Assembly: GCA_963840455.1 (NCBI GenBank) | Contig: CAWIYV010000001.1 | Location: 288,001 to 352,000 of the forward strand | Direction of reading: 5' to 3' | Length of the DNA stretch: 64,000 bases | Origin: Nitrospirota bacterium | GTDB taxonomy: Bacteria; Nitrospirota; UBA9217 | Part shown: one piece after another, positions 49,286 through 59,306 of the stretch | How the letters are laid out: every line of letters starts with the position of its first letter | Numbering within the stretch: the first letter of the stretch is position 1 | Position numbers and translations under genes: made by a program | Notes under the pieces: model-generated | The model's input: the letters and a program-made list of their open reading frames with translations, nothing else | Database searches by the model: none | Told to the model about the DNA's origin: nothing

Positions 49286-49363
49286 CATCCTTCCCGCGCA
49301 AGCGGGAATCCAGTATGTTTTCATCCCCTCCGGAATCCCCGATAGAAGCATTCGGGGATGACG
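49286..49363. repeat. REP/dRS3-like palindromic element
   Basis: ttcccgcgcaagcgggaatccag...ggaatccccgatagaagcattcggggatgacg. Confidence 0.65.
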
Positions 49364-49483
49364 ATCTTTCTCGAATCCCTTTTCTTATGTCCCGTGGTTA
49401 GTTCAAGTTTGCATTGTAATTTCCCCTTCTCGAATATATAATGCAATTTGCTCTGATAGCACCCATGAAAGGATCCCTGCTCC

Positions 49484-50527
49484 ATGTCCCATGATTTCAA
49501 TTGCATAGCCACCGGCATCGGCAGCCTGCCGATCACCGATCCTGATGAGGCAGCGACGCTGTCGCTCCAGTACCTCCCCGAGGCGCCGATCTGGCCCCAG
49601 CTCCCGCAGCGGAGCTTCCATGAACATATGGATGGCCAGTACAGCGAGTCCCTGCCCGGCATCGTTGTTGACGAGAAAAAGCGGCGTTTCTCCTTCGACA
49701 CCTCGAAGGACCTCACGCCTGAGCTAGAGAGGTTCTTCCAGCATTACCTGGAAAAGGACTATGCCTTCTTCAGGATATCGGAGGACTATGCAGCCGGATT
49801 CTACGGTTTCCAGCGGGCGATCAGGAAAGGCCTGCCGAAACAGGCGCGGTTCATCAAAGGCGGCATCACCGGCCCCCTCACCGCGGGCATCTCGTTCAAG
49901 GACGAAACCGGGAAGGATATCATCCATAACGACGTGATGTTCGACGCTGTCGTAAAGGGCCTGGCCATGAAGGCCGCATGGCAGATCGAGGCGTTCAAGC
50001 CCTTCGGCCTGCCGGTCATCATCTTTATCGACGAGCCTGCTATGGAGTCGCTCGGCTCGGCTTTCTCCGCGGCATCGCCCGGAATGGTGTCGGAAAAACT
50101 GGACGAGATCATCGACACCATCCACGAGCTCGGCGGCATTGCCGGCATCCACTGCTGCGGCAACGCGGACTGGCCCATGATCTTCAACACGAAGGTGGAC
50201 ATCGTGAACTTCGACGCCTTCGGGTATGTCGAGAAGGTCCTGCTCTACCCCGACGACATCAGGAGGTTCTATGCCCGTGGCGGAGCGCTCGCCTGGGGCA
50301 TCGTCCCGACCGGCGCGTTCACCGGCAAGGAAACAGCCGACACGCTGATTGAATGGCTGGAGACGAACATGAAGCGGCTGGAGGGTTCCGGCATCAACCG
50401 GCAGACCATCCTCCGGCAGTGCCTCATTACGCCGTCTTGCGGCATGGGAAGCCTCACGCCCGAGCAGTCGCTGGCGATCCTGAAGCTGACGCGCGAGGTC
50501 TCGGACCGGATGCAGAAGAAGATCTAG
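49484..50527 (+). CDS. Core-MetE / MesB-like folate-independent methionine synthase (paralog 2)
   Basis: Same motifs as paralog 1, with FIDEP. Confidence 0.82.
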   Translation: MSHDFNCIATGIGSLPITDPDEAATLSLQYLPEAPIWPQLPQRSFHEHMDGQYSESLPGIVVDEKKRRFSFDTSKDLTPELERFFQHYLEKDYAFFRISEDYAAGFYGFQRAIRKGLPKQARFIKGGITGPLTAGISFKDETGKDIIHNDVMFDAVVKGLAMKAAWQIEAFKPFGLPVIIFIDEPAMESLGSAFSAASPGMVSEKLDEIIDTIHELGGIAGIHCCGNADWPMIFNTKVDIVNFDAFGYVEKVLLYPDDIRRFYARGGALAWGIVPTGAFTGKETADTLIEWLETNMKRLEGSGINRQTILRQCLITPSCGMGSLTPEQSLAILKLTREVSDRMQKKI

Positions 50528-50621
50528 ACGCGGGGAACGGCTGAACATGCATCGAACGATACTCGGATCCCGGATCCCGGACCCCGGGCCCCTGCCCCTG
50601 CCCCCTGACCCCCGGGATATT

Positions 50622-51428
50622 ATGCTCCGCTCCCAACACGTCACGCGGTTCATCATCGTTTCCCTCAGTCTGCACCTCCTGTTCTTCGCCGCCGTGCTCA
50701 GGGTGACCAGCAAAACAGACATGTCCCTGCCCACGCTCACGCCCGTGGACATCGTGAACCTGCCGAAGAACGTCATCGAGAAACTGCCGCCTGTTGAGGC
50801 ACGGCCGGCGCCCATGCCGGTCACGCCGCCGGTTCCACCGCGTCCCATGCCCGAGCAGACCACGCGTCCGGAAAGCGTCCCGGGGCCGAAGCACTTCGGC
50901 ACATCGCCGGACATTGCCCTTCCCCGAACAACGCCGCCGCAGGGCCTGCCCGAGGGCAGCGACAGGGGGACCTCGATGACCGGCAAGCCCGACACGGGCG
51001 TTCACGCGCCGGGCAAAGGGCCGCTCCCGTTCCTCAGCCAGGCCGATATAGACGAATTCGCCCGCAAGGGCATGCCGGCAAAAAAACCAGGCGACGAGTC
51101 GGTCACCCTGGACACCGACGAGTTCAAGTTCATGTCCTACAACCGCTGGCTCAAGATCAAGGTGGAAAGCGTCCTCAGGTACCCCGAGCTCGCTGCCCTC
51201 TCCGGCCTCCAGGGAACGCTCTATATCCAGTTCAACATCATGAAGGACGGGTCGCTCGGGGATCTCGAGCTTCTCAGGTCGTCGGGCTACAAGATCCTGG
51301 ACGACGAAGCGCTCCGCGCCATCCGCAATTCCGCCCCTTTCCAGCCCCTCCCTGATGGATGGAAGATGGACCATTACACGATCCGGGCCGCGGTCCTGTT
51401 CTACCTCAGCGGGGCATACATCCGGTGA
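50622..51428 (+). CDS. TonB-family energy transducer
   Basis: TM with SxxLH, Pro-rich linker, YP..A...G.QG, SSG..ILDDEAL. Confidence 0.88.
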   Translation: MLRSQHVTRFIIVSLSLHLLFFAAVLRVTSKTDMSLPTLTPVDIVNLPKNVIEKLPPVEARPAPMPVTPPVPPRPMPEQTTRPESVPGPKHFGTSPDIALPRTTPPQGLPEGSDRGTSMTGKPDTGVHAPGKGPLPFLSQADIDEFARKGMPAKKPGDESVTLDTDEFKFMSYNRWLKIKVESVLRYPELAALSGLQGTLYIQFNIMKDGSLGDLELLRSSGYKILDDEALRAIRNSAPFQPLPDGWKMDHYTIRAAVLFYLSGAYIR

Positions 51429-52624
51429 GCGACCTGGTCAGGATCGGGGCGGCCTTCGTCCTCATCATCGCGCTCCTGCGCATCCGCTGGAACCTCGGCG
51501 CGGTCATGCTCCTGGCCTCCGCCCTCCTTGGCGCGCTCTACGGCATCGGCCCGGTCGCACAACTCGTGGTCATGGCCGGGGCCGGCGCGGACCCGGTGAC
51601 CCTGAACCTCGTCGGGGCACTGGTCCTCATCATGGTGCTCGAGAACATCATCCGGAAGCGCGGCCTGCTGAAGCAGATGACCGGATCGCTCTCCCGCATT
51701 GCCCGGGACCGGAGGATCTCCATGGCCGTCCTCCCCGGCGTCATCGGGCTCCTTCCGTCTGCCGGAGGCGCTGCCTTCTCTGCGCCCATGGTGCAGGAGG
51801 CGGCCGGCGGGATCCCGGTCTCCCCGGAGCGCCGGGCCTTCATCAACTACTGGTTCCGCCACATCTGGGAGTACATCTCGCCGCTCTACCCCGGCATCAT
51901 CCTGGTTGCCGCGGTGACCAGGTTACCGCTCAACAGCCTGCTGCTCTCCCAGCTGCCCCTCCCCATCGCGGTCGTTGTCATCGGCGCCCTGTTCTGCTTC
52001 CGGGGCGTCGAAGGGCATGCGATGCCTGGTGAACGGGAGAAGGGAGATGTGAGGGACCTCGTTGTCTCGCTCCTGCCGATCATTGCGTCCCTCGTCCTGG
52101 TCGTGGTCTTCAAGCTCAACCTGTCCGCCGCCATGGCGGCCATCGTCATCGCGCTCTTCGCCATCTACCGGTATTCCCTGCCGGAGATCGGAACGGCGAT
52201 CAGGGAAAGCATTTCCCTGAACGTCATCCTGATGGTCTTCGGCATCATGGCCTTCAAGTACATGCTCGACGCCTCGGGGGCCATCGAGGCCCTTCCCCGG
52301 TTATTCCGCGAAAGCGGACTGCCGCCCGTGGCAATCTACTTTGCCCTGCCGTTCCTGGTGGGGCTCCTCACCGGGCTCACCGTGGGGTTCGTGGGCTCCA
52401 CGTTCCCGATCATCACGGCCATGACGGGGGGGCATCCGGACGCGGCAACGGTGACCTTTGCCTTCGCCAGTGGCTTCGCCGGCGTCATGCTCTCGCCCAC
52501 CCACCTCTGTCTGCTGCTCACGGTCCAGTACTTCAAGGCAGACCTTGCCGGCACCTACCGGCTGATGTATGTGCCGGTGCTGCTCGTTTTCCTCGTGGGG
52601 TTCGGTGTCTATCTTGTCCCATGA
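51425..52624 (+). CDS. DUF401-family membrane transporter
   Basis: GLLPSAGGA.FSAP, INYWFRHIWE..SPLYPG, LSPTHLCL; GTG start overlapping the TonB stop. Confidence 0.85.
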   Translation: MSDLVRIGAAFVLIIALLRIRWNLGAVMLLASALLGALYGIGPVAQLVVMAGAGADPVTLNLVGALVLIMVLENIIRKRGLLKQMTGSLSRIARDRRISMAVLPGVIGLLPSAGGAAFSAPMVQEAAGGIPVSPERRAFINYWFRHIWEYISPLYPGIILVAAVTRLPLNSLLLSQLPLPIAVVVIGALFCFRGVEGHAMPGEREKGDVRDLVVSLLPIIASLVLVVVFKLNLSAAMAAIVIALFAIYRYSLPEIGTAIRESISLNVILMVFGIMAFKYMLDASGAIEALPRLFRESGLPPVAIYFALPFLVGLLTGLTVGFVGSTFPIITAMTGGHPDAATVTFAFASGFAGVMLSPTHLCLLLTVQYFKADLAGTYRLMYVPVLLVFLVGFGVYLVP

Positions 52625-52867
52625 ACGCCCCTCCCCTCGCGAGTAGCTGGTCAACGTCACCAGACACGGGCGCAGGCGAACACGCAATGATATCATTCCC
52701 TGCGTGACCCGGGGGAGGTCGGAGGCTTCCGCACGGTTTTATACCGACACCCTTGTTATTTAAGGCGAGATTTTGTAATATTTTACAGGTGGTACTGCTG
52801 TTCCCGTTCGGGACCATCGGCATGGACCCTGGCACGGAGGAGACATTTCCCCCGATCACTGGAGGAT

Positions 52868-53269
52868 ATGATGCCGCTCACATACGAGATCGATCGGTCA
52901 CGACGGATCGTATTCACCCAAGCCATCGGCATACTGACGCCGCAGGACCTGTTCACCTATCAGAACGAGGTCTGGTCGGCGCCGGAGCTCCGGGGATACG
53001 ACGAATGCGTTGATATGCTGGCGGTGACGGACATCGAAGCGGCGACCGATAGCAACATGAAGGCACTGGCGGAACTGTCGGCCCGAATGGACGACCCCTC
53101 AACGAAGTCCAAGTTTGCCATCATCGCACGTGAGGACCTGCATTATGGCCTTGCCCGCATGTATGAGGCCTATCGGAGCATGCAGCCGAAGAACACACGG
53201 ACATTGGCGGTCTTCCGGACGCGGGAAGATGCCCTGCGCTGGCTTTCCGGGGAAAACACGGCCTCCTGA
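52868..53269 (+). CDS. Hypothetical protein (SpoIIAA/STAS-like fold)
   Basis: GGAGG RBS; AII..DLHYGLARMY and VFRTREDALRWL motifs. Confidence 0.75.
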   Translation: MMPLTYEIDRSRRIVFTQAIGILTPQDLFTYQNEVWSAPELRGYDECVDMLAVTDIEAATDSNMKALAELSARMDDPSTKSKFAIIAREDLHYGLARMYEAYRSMQPKNTRTLAVFRTREDALRWLSGENTAS

Positions 53270-53474
53270 TCGGGAAACGATCGGTCTGCTGGCGCTCCCT
53301 GCTCGCACTCGCTCAGTACGCCCTCTGAGACCAGATATTCCCACCTGCCATCTATTATCACTATCGAATATATAGAGAAAATTACTTGCATTTCGAGCCT
53401 TCCTGTGATATTTTATCGGTCTTCAAATGAGTAAGGTCGATTCCCACGGTCGCCGCACCGGACCGCCCGGGATT

Positions 53475-53519
53475 ACTCCTTGCTCCCCGCCGGTCGGGGG
53501 GCTATAACCCAGAAGGAGG
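53475..53519 (+). promoter_or_regulatory. S6:S18 ribosomal protein autoregulatory leader RNA
   Basis: ctccttgc-hairpin-gctataaCCCagaaggagg: the stem sequesters the RBS and has CCC in an internal loop, directly upstream of rpsF. Confidence 0.7.
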
Positions 53520-53525
53520 CAGCAT

Positions 53526-53921
53526 ATGTCGATTTATGAGTCCATCTTCATCATCAACCCCAACCTCTCGGACGACGAGACCAACGCCATCATCAAGAAG
53601 ATGCAGGACGTGGTAGCGAAGCAGGGCGCCGAGATGCTCAAGTTCGAGGACTGGGGAAAGAAGAAGCTTGCCTACGAGATCAAGAAGCAGAAGCGCGGCC
53701 ATTACGTGTTCTTCCAGTTCAAGGGAGCGCCGGCTGCGGTAGCCGAGCTCGAGCGCACCTACAAGATGACCGACGCGGTCATCAAGTTCCTCACCGTAAG
53801 GCTCGAGAAGGAGCTGCGCGTCAAAGCGCCGCCGAAGCCGAAGAAGGAAAAGCCGGCCGGCACCGTCAGCAGCAGGCCGTCCAGCGAGCACCGCTCATCC
53901 AGCGAGCACCGCTCGGCCTAA
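53526..53921 (+). CDS. rpsF: 30S ribosomal protein S6
   Basis: YE..FI..P, WGKKKLAYEIKK..GHY. Confidence 0.97.
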   Translation: MSIYESIFIINPNLSDDETNAIIKKMQDVVAKQGAEMLKFEDWGKKKLAYEIKKQKRGHYVFFQFKGAPAAVAELERTYKMTDAVIKFLTVRLEKELRVKAPPKPKKEKPAGTVSSRPSSEHRSSSEHRSA

Positions 53922-53963
53922 CCCCGACGTCCCTGCGCACCGCCGGGACCAGGAAGGAGCAGC

Positions 53964-54377
53964 ATGAACAGCTTCAACAAGGTGATCCTCCTCGGCAACC
54001 TTACCCGCGACCCTGAGGTCCGGTACACGCCCAGCGGCACTGCCGTGGCAAGCTTTGCCATTGCGGTGAACCGGAAGTACAAGCAAGGCGAGGAGACCAA
54101 GGACGAGGTCAGCTACATCGACATCGTCGTGTTCGGGAAAACGGCCGAGAACTGCGGCCAATACCTGAACAAGGGGGACGCCATCCTGGTCGAAGGCAGG
54201 CTGCAGCAGCGCCGGTGGGACGACAAGGATTCCGGTCAGAAACGCAGCAAGGTCGAGGTCGTTGCGCAGCTCGTCAATTTCATGCCGAAACGCACCGGCC
54301 AGGCAGGCCAGAGCGCGAAACAGGAACAGGAACCCATGCCCGAGCCGCCCGTGGACGAGGGGGAGATCCCTTTCTAG
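53964..54377 (+). CDS. ssb: Single-stranded DNA-binding protein
   Basis: NKVILLGNLTRDPE, VEGRL..R.W, C-terminal EIPF. Confidence 0.97.
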   Translation: MNSFNKVILLGNLTRDPEVRYTPSGTAVASFAIAVNRKYKQGEETKDEVSYIDIVVFGKTAENCGQYLNKGDAILVEGRLQQRRWDDKDSGQKRSKVEVVAQLVNFMPKRTGQAGQSAKQEQEPMPEPPVDEGEIPF

Positions 54378-54434
54378 ACCGTCCGCGGCACCCGGCAGGA
54401 CAGGCACCATAACCAATTTACGAGGAGCACTTAC

Positions 54435-54812
54435 ATGGCAGAAACTACCGAAAACAAACCACCGGCACCCGGCCCGTCGTCACCCAGGCCGTCGTCACCC
54501 AGGCCGTCAGGGTTCCGTCCATCAGGACCCCGGTCATCAGAGGGCGGCAGGCCCCGGGACACGCGCCCCGGCGGACCTCACAAGAAGCGGTTCCAGGTCA
54601 GGAAAAAGGTCTGCCGGTTCTGCGTCGACAAGGCGCCTTTTATCGACTACAAGGACCTCAAGACCGTAAAGTTCTTCATCACCGAGCGCGGCAAGATCCT
54701 TCCCCGCCGCATTTCCGGCAACTGCGCCCGCCACCAGCGGGAGATCACCGTTGCCATCCAGCGGGGTAGGAACATCGCCCTCCTGCCGTTCTCGGGAGAG
54801 AAGACCAGCTAG
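54435..54812 (+). CDS. rpsR: 30S ribosomal protein S18 (Zn-binding type, N-terminal extension)
   Basis: [25 protein letters not shown]. Confidence 0.96.
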   Translation: MAETTENKPPAPGPSSPRPSSPRPSGFRPSGPRSSEGGRPRDTRPGGPHKKRFQVRKKVCRFCVDKAPFIDYKDLKTVKFFITERGKILPRRISGNCARHQREITVAIQRGRNIALLPFSGEKTS

Positions 54813-54840
54813 GCAGCACCGCAGCAGTTCGACATTTTCG

Positions 54841-54887
54841 AGGGAAACCCGGCCGTTGCCGAGCAGGTCACGGGGGTTTCCCTTTTT
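54841..54887 (+). terminator. Probable terminator after rpsR
   Basis: agggaaaccc...gggtttccct followed by T run. Confidence 0.65.
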
Positions 54888-54978
54888 TCTTGTTTCATTT
54901 CGTTCTTGAGTGGGCGTAAAGCTAGTTGATGTTAAGCAGCTGTTTGCGAATTTTTTGCACATCCCTTTCGCGTCCTGA

Positions 54979-55314
54979 ATGAATTTCTTGACCCGTCTAA
55001 AGGCCACGTCCGCTCGCCCGCGCAAACTCGGCCTTCGGCCTCAGACATGCGCGTTCGCCCTGCGGGACGCTGCCTTAGGCCAAGACGGGTGCCCAAGAAA
55101 TTCATAGGGCCGCTCCAGGGACGTGCGGGGTTGGAATAAACCCCATGGGAAAATCCAGGCAGGCGACCGAGGACGAGGGTTAAACATTTCGGATGTCCGA
55201 AGCCCAAAGGGCGAGTTTCCGAAATGTACCGAGGACGACCGAGCCTGCCGTAAAGGATTTTCGCCGGGTGACCTTCTTGGGTGCCACCTTTCTTGGGCAC
55301 GCAAGAAAGGTGGC
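54979..55314. repeat. Highly structured ~340-nt intergenic element (nested hairpins)
   Basis: Perfect stems atgaatttcttg/caagaaattcat, acccgtct/agacgggt, acatttcgga/tccgaaatgt, ggcaggc/gcctgcc, gccacctttcttg/caagaaaggtggc. Confidence 0.75.
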
Positions 55315-55353
55315 AAAAACAAAAGTTAATTTAAGCATATCATTGGAGTTTTC

Positions 55354-56307
55354 ATGCCCTATCGGTCCATACTCATCGCCGCTGTCCAGGCGGCAGGTCT
55401 CACGGTCGCGGGGTTCCTGGTCCCGGTCCTCGGGCAGATCGTCGTCCTTTTCGCCCCCGTGCCGCTCATCACCATCGCCATGCGGGAGGGACGCAAGACG
55501 GGCATCATTGCCATGGGAGCGGCGGCTGCACTGGTCGCCGTCATCGTGAGTGGCCAGGCCGTGTTCGTGCTGTTCTTCCTCAGCTTCGGGCTCATGGCCC
55601 TGGGTATCTCGGAAGGAATGATGCGCCGCTTCAGGCCGGAGCAGGCCATCCTTGCCGGCGGCCTCCTGCCCCTTGCCGCGCTGATCGTGGTCCTCACCCC
55701 GCTCCTGCTCAAGGCAGGCAAGAACCCGGTCACCCTTACGGAGGATTACCTGCGGACAAGCATCACCCAGGCACAGCAGCTCTACACCCAGCTCGGTCTT
55801 GCCGAGGTGGCGCAGATGCTTGCATCCATATCGGACAAGATGATCTACTACCTGGTGCGCCTCAGTCCCGGCCTCATCCTGGCCACCACCCTCTTTCAGG
55901 CGATCTGCTGTTACGGCATGGCGCGGACCATCCTGCTCAGGAAGGACCCGGGCCTCCCGGTCCTTGACAAACCATCCTTCGCCGAATGGCACGCACCCGA
56001 CCTGTGGGTCTGGGGGCTCATCGCCACCCTCGGTCTCGTTGCCAGCGGGCTCATCGCCAAGGTTGACTCCATCGCCTTCTTCGTCGGTCTGAACCTCGCC
56101 CTCCTGTACCTGTTGGTCTACACGGCGCAAGGGGCCGCTCTCGTGGAATTCTGGCTTCGGAAAGTTAAGATCGGTGTTGTCTGGCGGAGCTTCGCCCACA
56201 CCATCATCCTGACGCTGCCGCCCCTCATCGCCGTGGTCGTCGCCCTCGGGGTGGTGGACATCTGGGCGGATTTCCGGAAGGTCCGGAGCATACCACCCAC
56301 TCCCTGA
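55354..56307 (+). CDS. DUF2232/YybS family membrane protein
   Basis: Multi-TM; F..W..P..WVW, QG.A, G..D.W.DFRK; usual position after rpsR. Confidence 0.88.
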   Translation: MPYRSILIAAVQAAGLTVAGFLVPVLGQIVVLFAPVPLITIAMREGRKTGIIAMGAAAALVAVIVSGQAVFVLFFLSFGLMALGISEGMMRRFRPEQAILAGGLLPLAALIVVLTPLLLKAGKNPVTLTEDYLRTSITQAQQLYTQLGLAEVAQMLASISDKMIYYLVRLSPGLILATTLFQAICCYGMARTILLRKDPGLPVLDKPSFAEWHAPDLWVWGLIATLGLVASGLIAKVDSIAFFVGLNLALLYLLVYTAQGAALVEFWLRKVKIGVVWRSFAHTIILTLPPLIAVVVALGVVDIWADFRKVRSIPPTP

Positions 56308-56492
56308 TCCGGAGAAGCGGAATCGAAACGTATGAACCGCCATGGCCAAAGAGAGGGCCACACGGGGGCGCGAAGGTCGCTACGGTTTTCATGCTTGGAA
56401 AAGCCAACCCGAAGATTTTCTTCGCGTCCTTTGCGTCTGCGCGGTGAATTTTCGTTTCTTGTTCCGGTTTTTCTGGTATAATGCCCTCCAAG

Positions 56493-56774
56493 ATGCGCCT
56501 TTCCAAAGACCTCATCCAGCACATTGCCGCCGCGATCTCCGCCAACCTCGACAGCAAGGGGCTGGCCAAGTACGACGTGCCCCGGGATGCCGTGACCGCC
56601 AAGATCACCGAAATCATCACCACGAACATGCTTGAAGAGGACAAGCTCAACAAGGATGTTGAGAAGCTCCTTTCCGCGCACGAGGCCGAGATCGCCAGGG
56701 GACAGATGGATTACCGCAAGGTATTCGAGCTCACGAAGCAGAAGCTGGCGAAGGACCGGGGGATGGTCCTATGA
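56493..56774 (+). CDS. DUF507 family protein
   Basis: MRLSK..I.HIA, EE.KLN..V, DYRK.F...KQKLA..RG.VL. Confidence 0.85.
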   Translation: MRLSKDLIQHIAAAISANLDSKGLAKYDVPRDAVTAKITEIITTNMLEEDKLNKDVEKLLSAHEAEIARGQMDYRKVFELTKQKLAKDRGMVL

Positions 56775-57049
56775 GGCTGAGCGAAGACCGGATCTCTCAT
56801 GTCTCCCACCTGGTCCTGGACATGCTGATGCAGGACCGGCACGTCGACGCGATCCAGCCCGAGGAGCGGATCCTCCGCGAGATCAAGCGCACCATCACCG
56901 ACGAGCTCAAGTTCGACGACGAGGCGGACACCGTGGTCCGGACAATGATCCAGTCCCTCTCGCGCAAGGTACCCGAGGGGAGCCGCGAGTGGGAGGTCCT
57001 CTATCAGAAGTACCGGGAAGAAGAACTGCGGAGGCGACGGAAGCTTTGA
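56771..57049 (+). CDS. DUF507 family protein
   Basis: MRLSEDRISH.SH, VPEGSREWEVLY.KY..EE. Confidence 0.85.
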   Translation: MRLSEDRISHVSHLVLDMLMQDRHVDAIQPEERILREIKRTITDELKFDDEADTVVRTMIQSLSRKVPEGSREWEVLYQKYREEELRRRRKL

Positions 57050-59244
57050 GGAAGTTCGTTGATCTTGGTCTTGGCCTGTACGCTCTTCTGGCCTGTCTGG
57101 GCCTGTTCATCAGGCCGGGACTGACCGTCTCCCAGCTCTCCCTCATTGCCTTGTACTGCTGGATCGCGGGCTACCTGCTCCTGGTCTTCCGGATCTCCTA
57201 CGAATTCGTCTTCTCCGATTCGCCCCTCCTGCCCATACCCTTCCGGTTCATCGCGCTCGGCGTCATCTTCGTCAACTTCATCATGCAATTGACCGGCGGG
57301 GCCCACTCCAACTTCTGGTCGGCCTATTACCTCTTCGCCGTCGTATTCGCCGCTCTTTCGCGTCTCCCCCAGGCGGCGCTCATGGTCCTCGCCATCCTCT
57401 CCGTTGAGCTCTGCAGCCTGCTTATCACGCGTCAATTCGATGCCGCCCAATGGCAGACCTATGCCGGTTTCGGCCTTTCACTGGCAGGCTTCTCGCTGGC
57501 GACCTCGTTCATCACGGGGTATGTCCTTAAGGAAGCGGACCAGGCGAAGGATGCCTTCAAACGACTCGAAGAGAAGGCTGATGCGGTCGACCCTCTCGCA
57601 GAACCGGCAAAGCTCGAGTCCCTCATGCCGGGAAGTCGGCAGGCTGCAAACCTCCGTACGGCGAGGGACCGGGAAGCAAGCTTTAAGGGACTGCTCGACA
57701 TGATGTTCTTGATCGTCCCCGCACACACCTACGCCCTTTTTGTTAAAGAGCGCCGGGAAAGTTCGGAAATGTTCGTCCTCAGAGCATGCAGGACCGAGAG
57801 CCAGGGCAAGGACGATGTCATTCCCGTCGGGACCGCCCTGGAACCCGCTGCCGGAAAGACGGGGATCGACTTCTGTGCGCTGAACGGCATGTGGCCCATT
57901 ATCTGCCCGATCTTGCCCCGGATTCGGTCCACTTTCTCGGTTACTATGGCCGCGATGTGAAGAACATCCCGGTCAGATCGGCAATGCTCATACCCATCCT
58001 GTCCACGGACCAGGAGAATGTAGTCGCTGTCCTCGCGGTCGACAAGGTCACCACGGACTCATTCTCCAGCGATACCCAGGAAATGCTGAAGCGCTTTTCG
58101 GCGTTCTTCCTTGAGGTCATTGAAAATACCCAGTTGTCACTCGACCTTAAGACACGAGGCGACCACTTCGGGGCACTCCATGATATCAGCACCGATCTGA
58201 ACAGCAGCCTCCTGTTCAGTGAAATCATCGCTAAGGTCATTCCCCAGATCAATAAGATCGTCCCGTTCGATCACTGCGCGTGCGTGCTGAAGACTGAACT
58301 CGAGGGGAAGACCGTGCTGCAGCTTACGGCGCTCGACGGATACAACCCAGAAATGTTGGGCCGGACGTTCGCGGTCGAGGAAAGCGCGATCATCCATCGC
58401 CTCTATCAGGACTGGCAGAACCGCCCCCCCCATGACCGGAACAGAGACACGACGGTCTACTACAAAAGGAGCTACGGTGAAGGAGAAAGGAAATCGGCAT
58501 CTTCCCCTTCAAGGAGCTCCATCTGCCAATCCAGTCCCTCTACGTAAGACTGCTGGTCGCCGAACGACAAATTCATCGGCGTGTTCCTCCTTGCATCCCG
58601 GCGGCGCGACGCCTTTTCTGAATACCATCGCGACTACCTGCTCGATACCCTGATGAACCAGATCGGCCACGTTGCGGAACAATTCCCTGCTCCACAAGAA
58701 GATCGATGACCTGCCACGGACCGACGGCCTCACCGGCCTCTTGAACCACCGGACCTTCATGGAGATGCTGAACGCGAAGTATCGGGAGCTGGAGCGCACG
58801 CCCCGGCCCTTTTCCATCCTCCTCATGGACATCGACAAGTTCAAGCTGGTGAACGACAAGTACGGCCACCCCATCGGCGACATCGCGATCAAGGCCGTCG
58901 GCCGGATCCTGCAGGACACCATCCGCGGAACGGACTTCGTGGCCCGTTACGGCGGCGAAGAGTTCGCCGTCGGCATGGTCGAGACCGACCGGAAAGGCGC
59001 CGAGCTGATGGCGGAGCGCGTCCGCTCCCTCATGGAGAAGACGATGGTGGCCAGGGTGTCCGACGGGGAGCTCAAGTGCACGTTGAGCATCGGCGTGGTC
59101 TCCTTCCCCGAGGACACGGACGACCGCGCCCGTCTCGTCACCATGGCCGATGAGGCCCTGTACCACGCGAAGCGCAACGGCCGGAACCGCGTCAGCCTGT
59201 ACCGTGATGCCACGAAAGAGCCTGCCCAGCCCGTGCAGCCCTGA
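57046..59244 (+). pseudogene. Membrane-bound GAF-GAF-GGDEF diguanylate cyclase, frameshifted (pseudogene or sequencing indels)
   Basis: TM region from TTG 57046, GAF-like segments, TDGLTGL, DIDKFK.VND.YGH..GD, RxxD, RYGGEEF; frame changes near 57885, 58490, 58562 and 58672. Confidence 0.8.
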
Positions 59245-59273
59245 CCGCCCTTTTCAGGGGAATCTGATGAAAA

Positions 59274-59302
59274 TGCAACCTTTTACCCCTTTCCGGGTCT
59301 AA
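59274..59302 (+). promoter_or_regulatory. ECF-type promoter (probable autoregulation, near-leaderless mRNA)
   Basis: tgcAACc-16 bp-GTCTaa a few bases upstream of the sigma ATG; no Shine-Dalgarno. Confidence 0.55.
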
Positions 59303-59306
59303 TATC

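Noticed and set aside
54932-55329. Small ORFs between rpsR and DUF2232
   Set aside because: No RBS or protein-like composition; better explained by the structured element.
46198-59244. 3',3'-cGAMP signalling (GEMM-Ib riboswitch plus Hypr GGDEF) as in Geobacter
   Set aside because: The aptamer has G at the discriminating position and the cyclase keeps the canonical GHxxGD Asp; both point to c-di-GMP.
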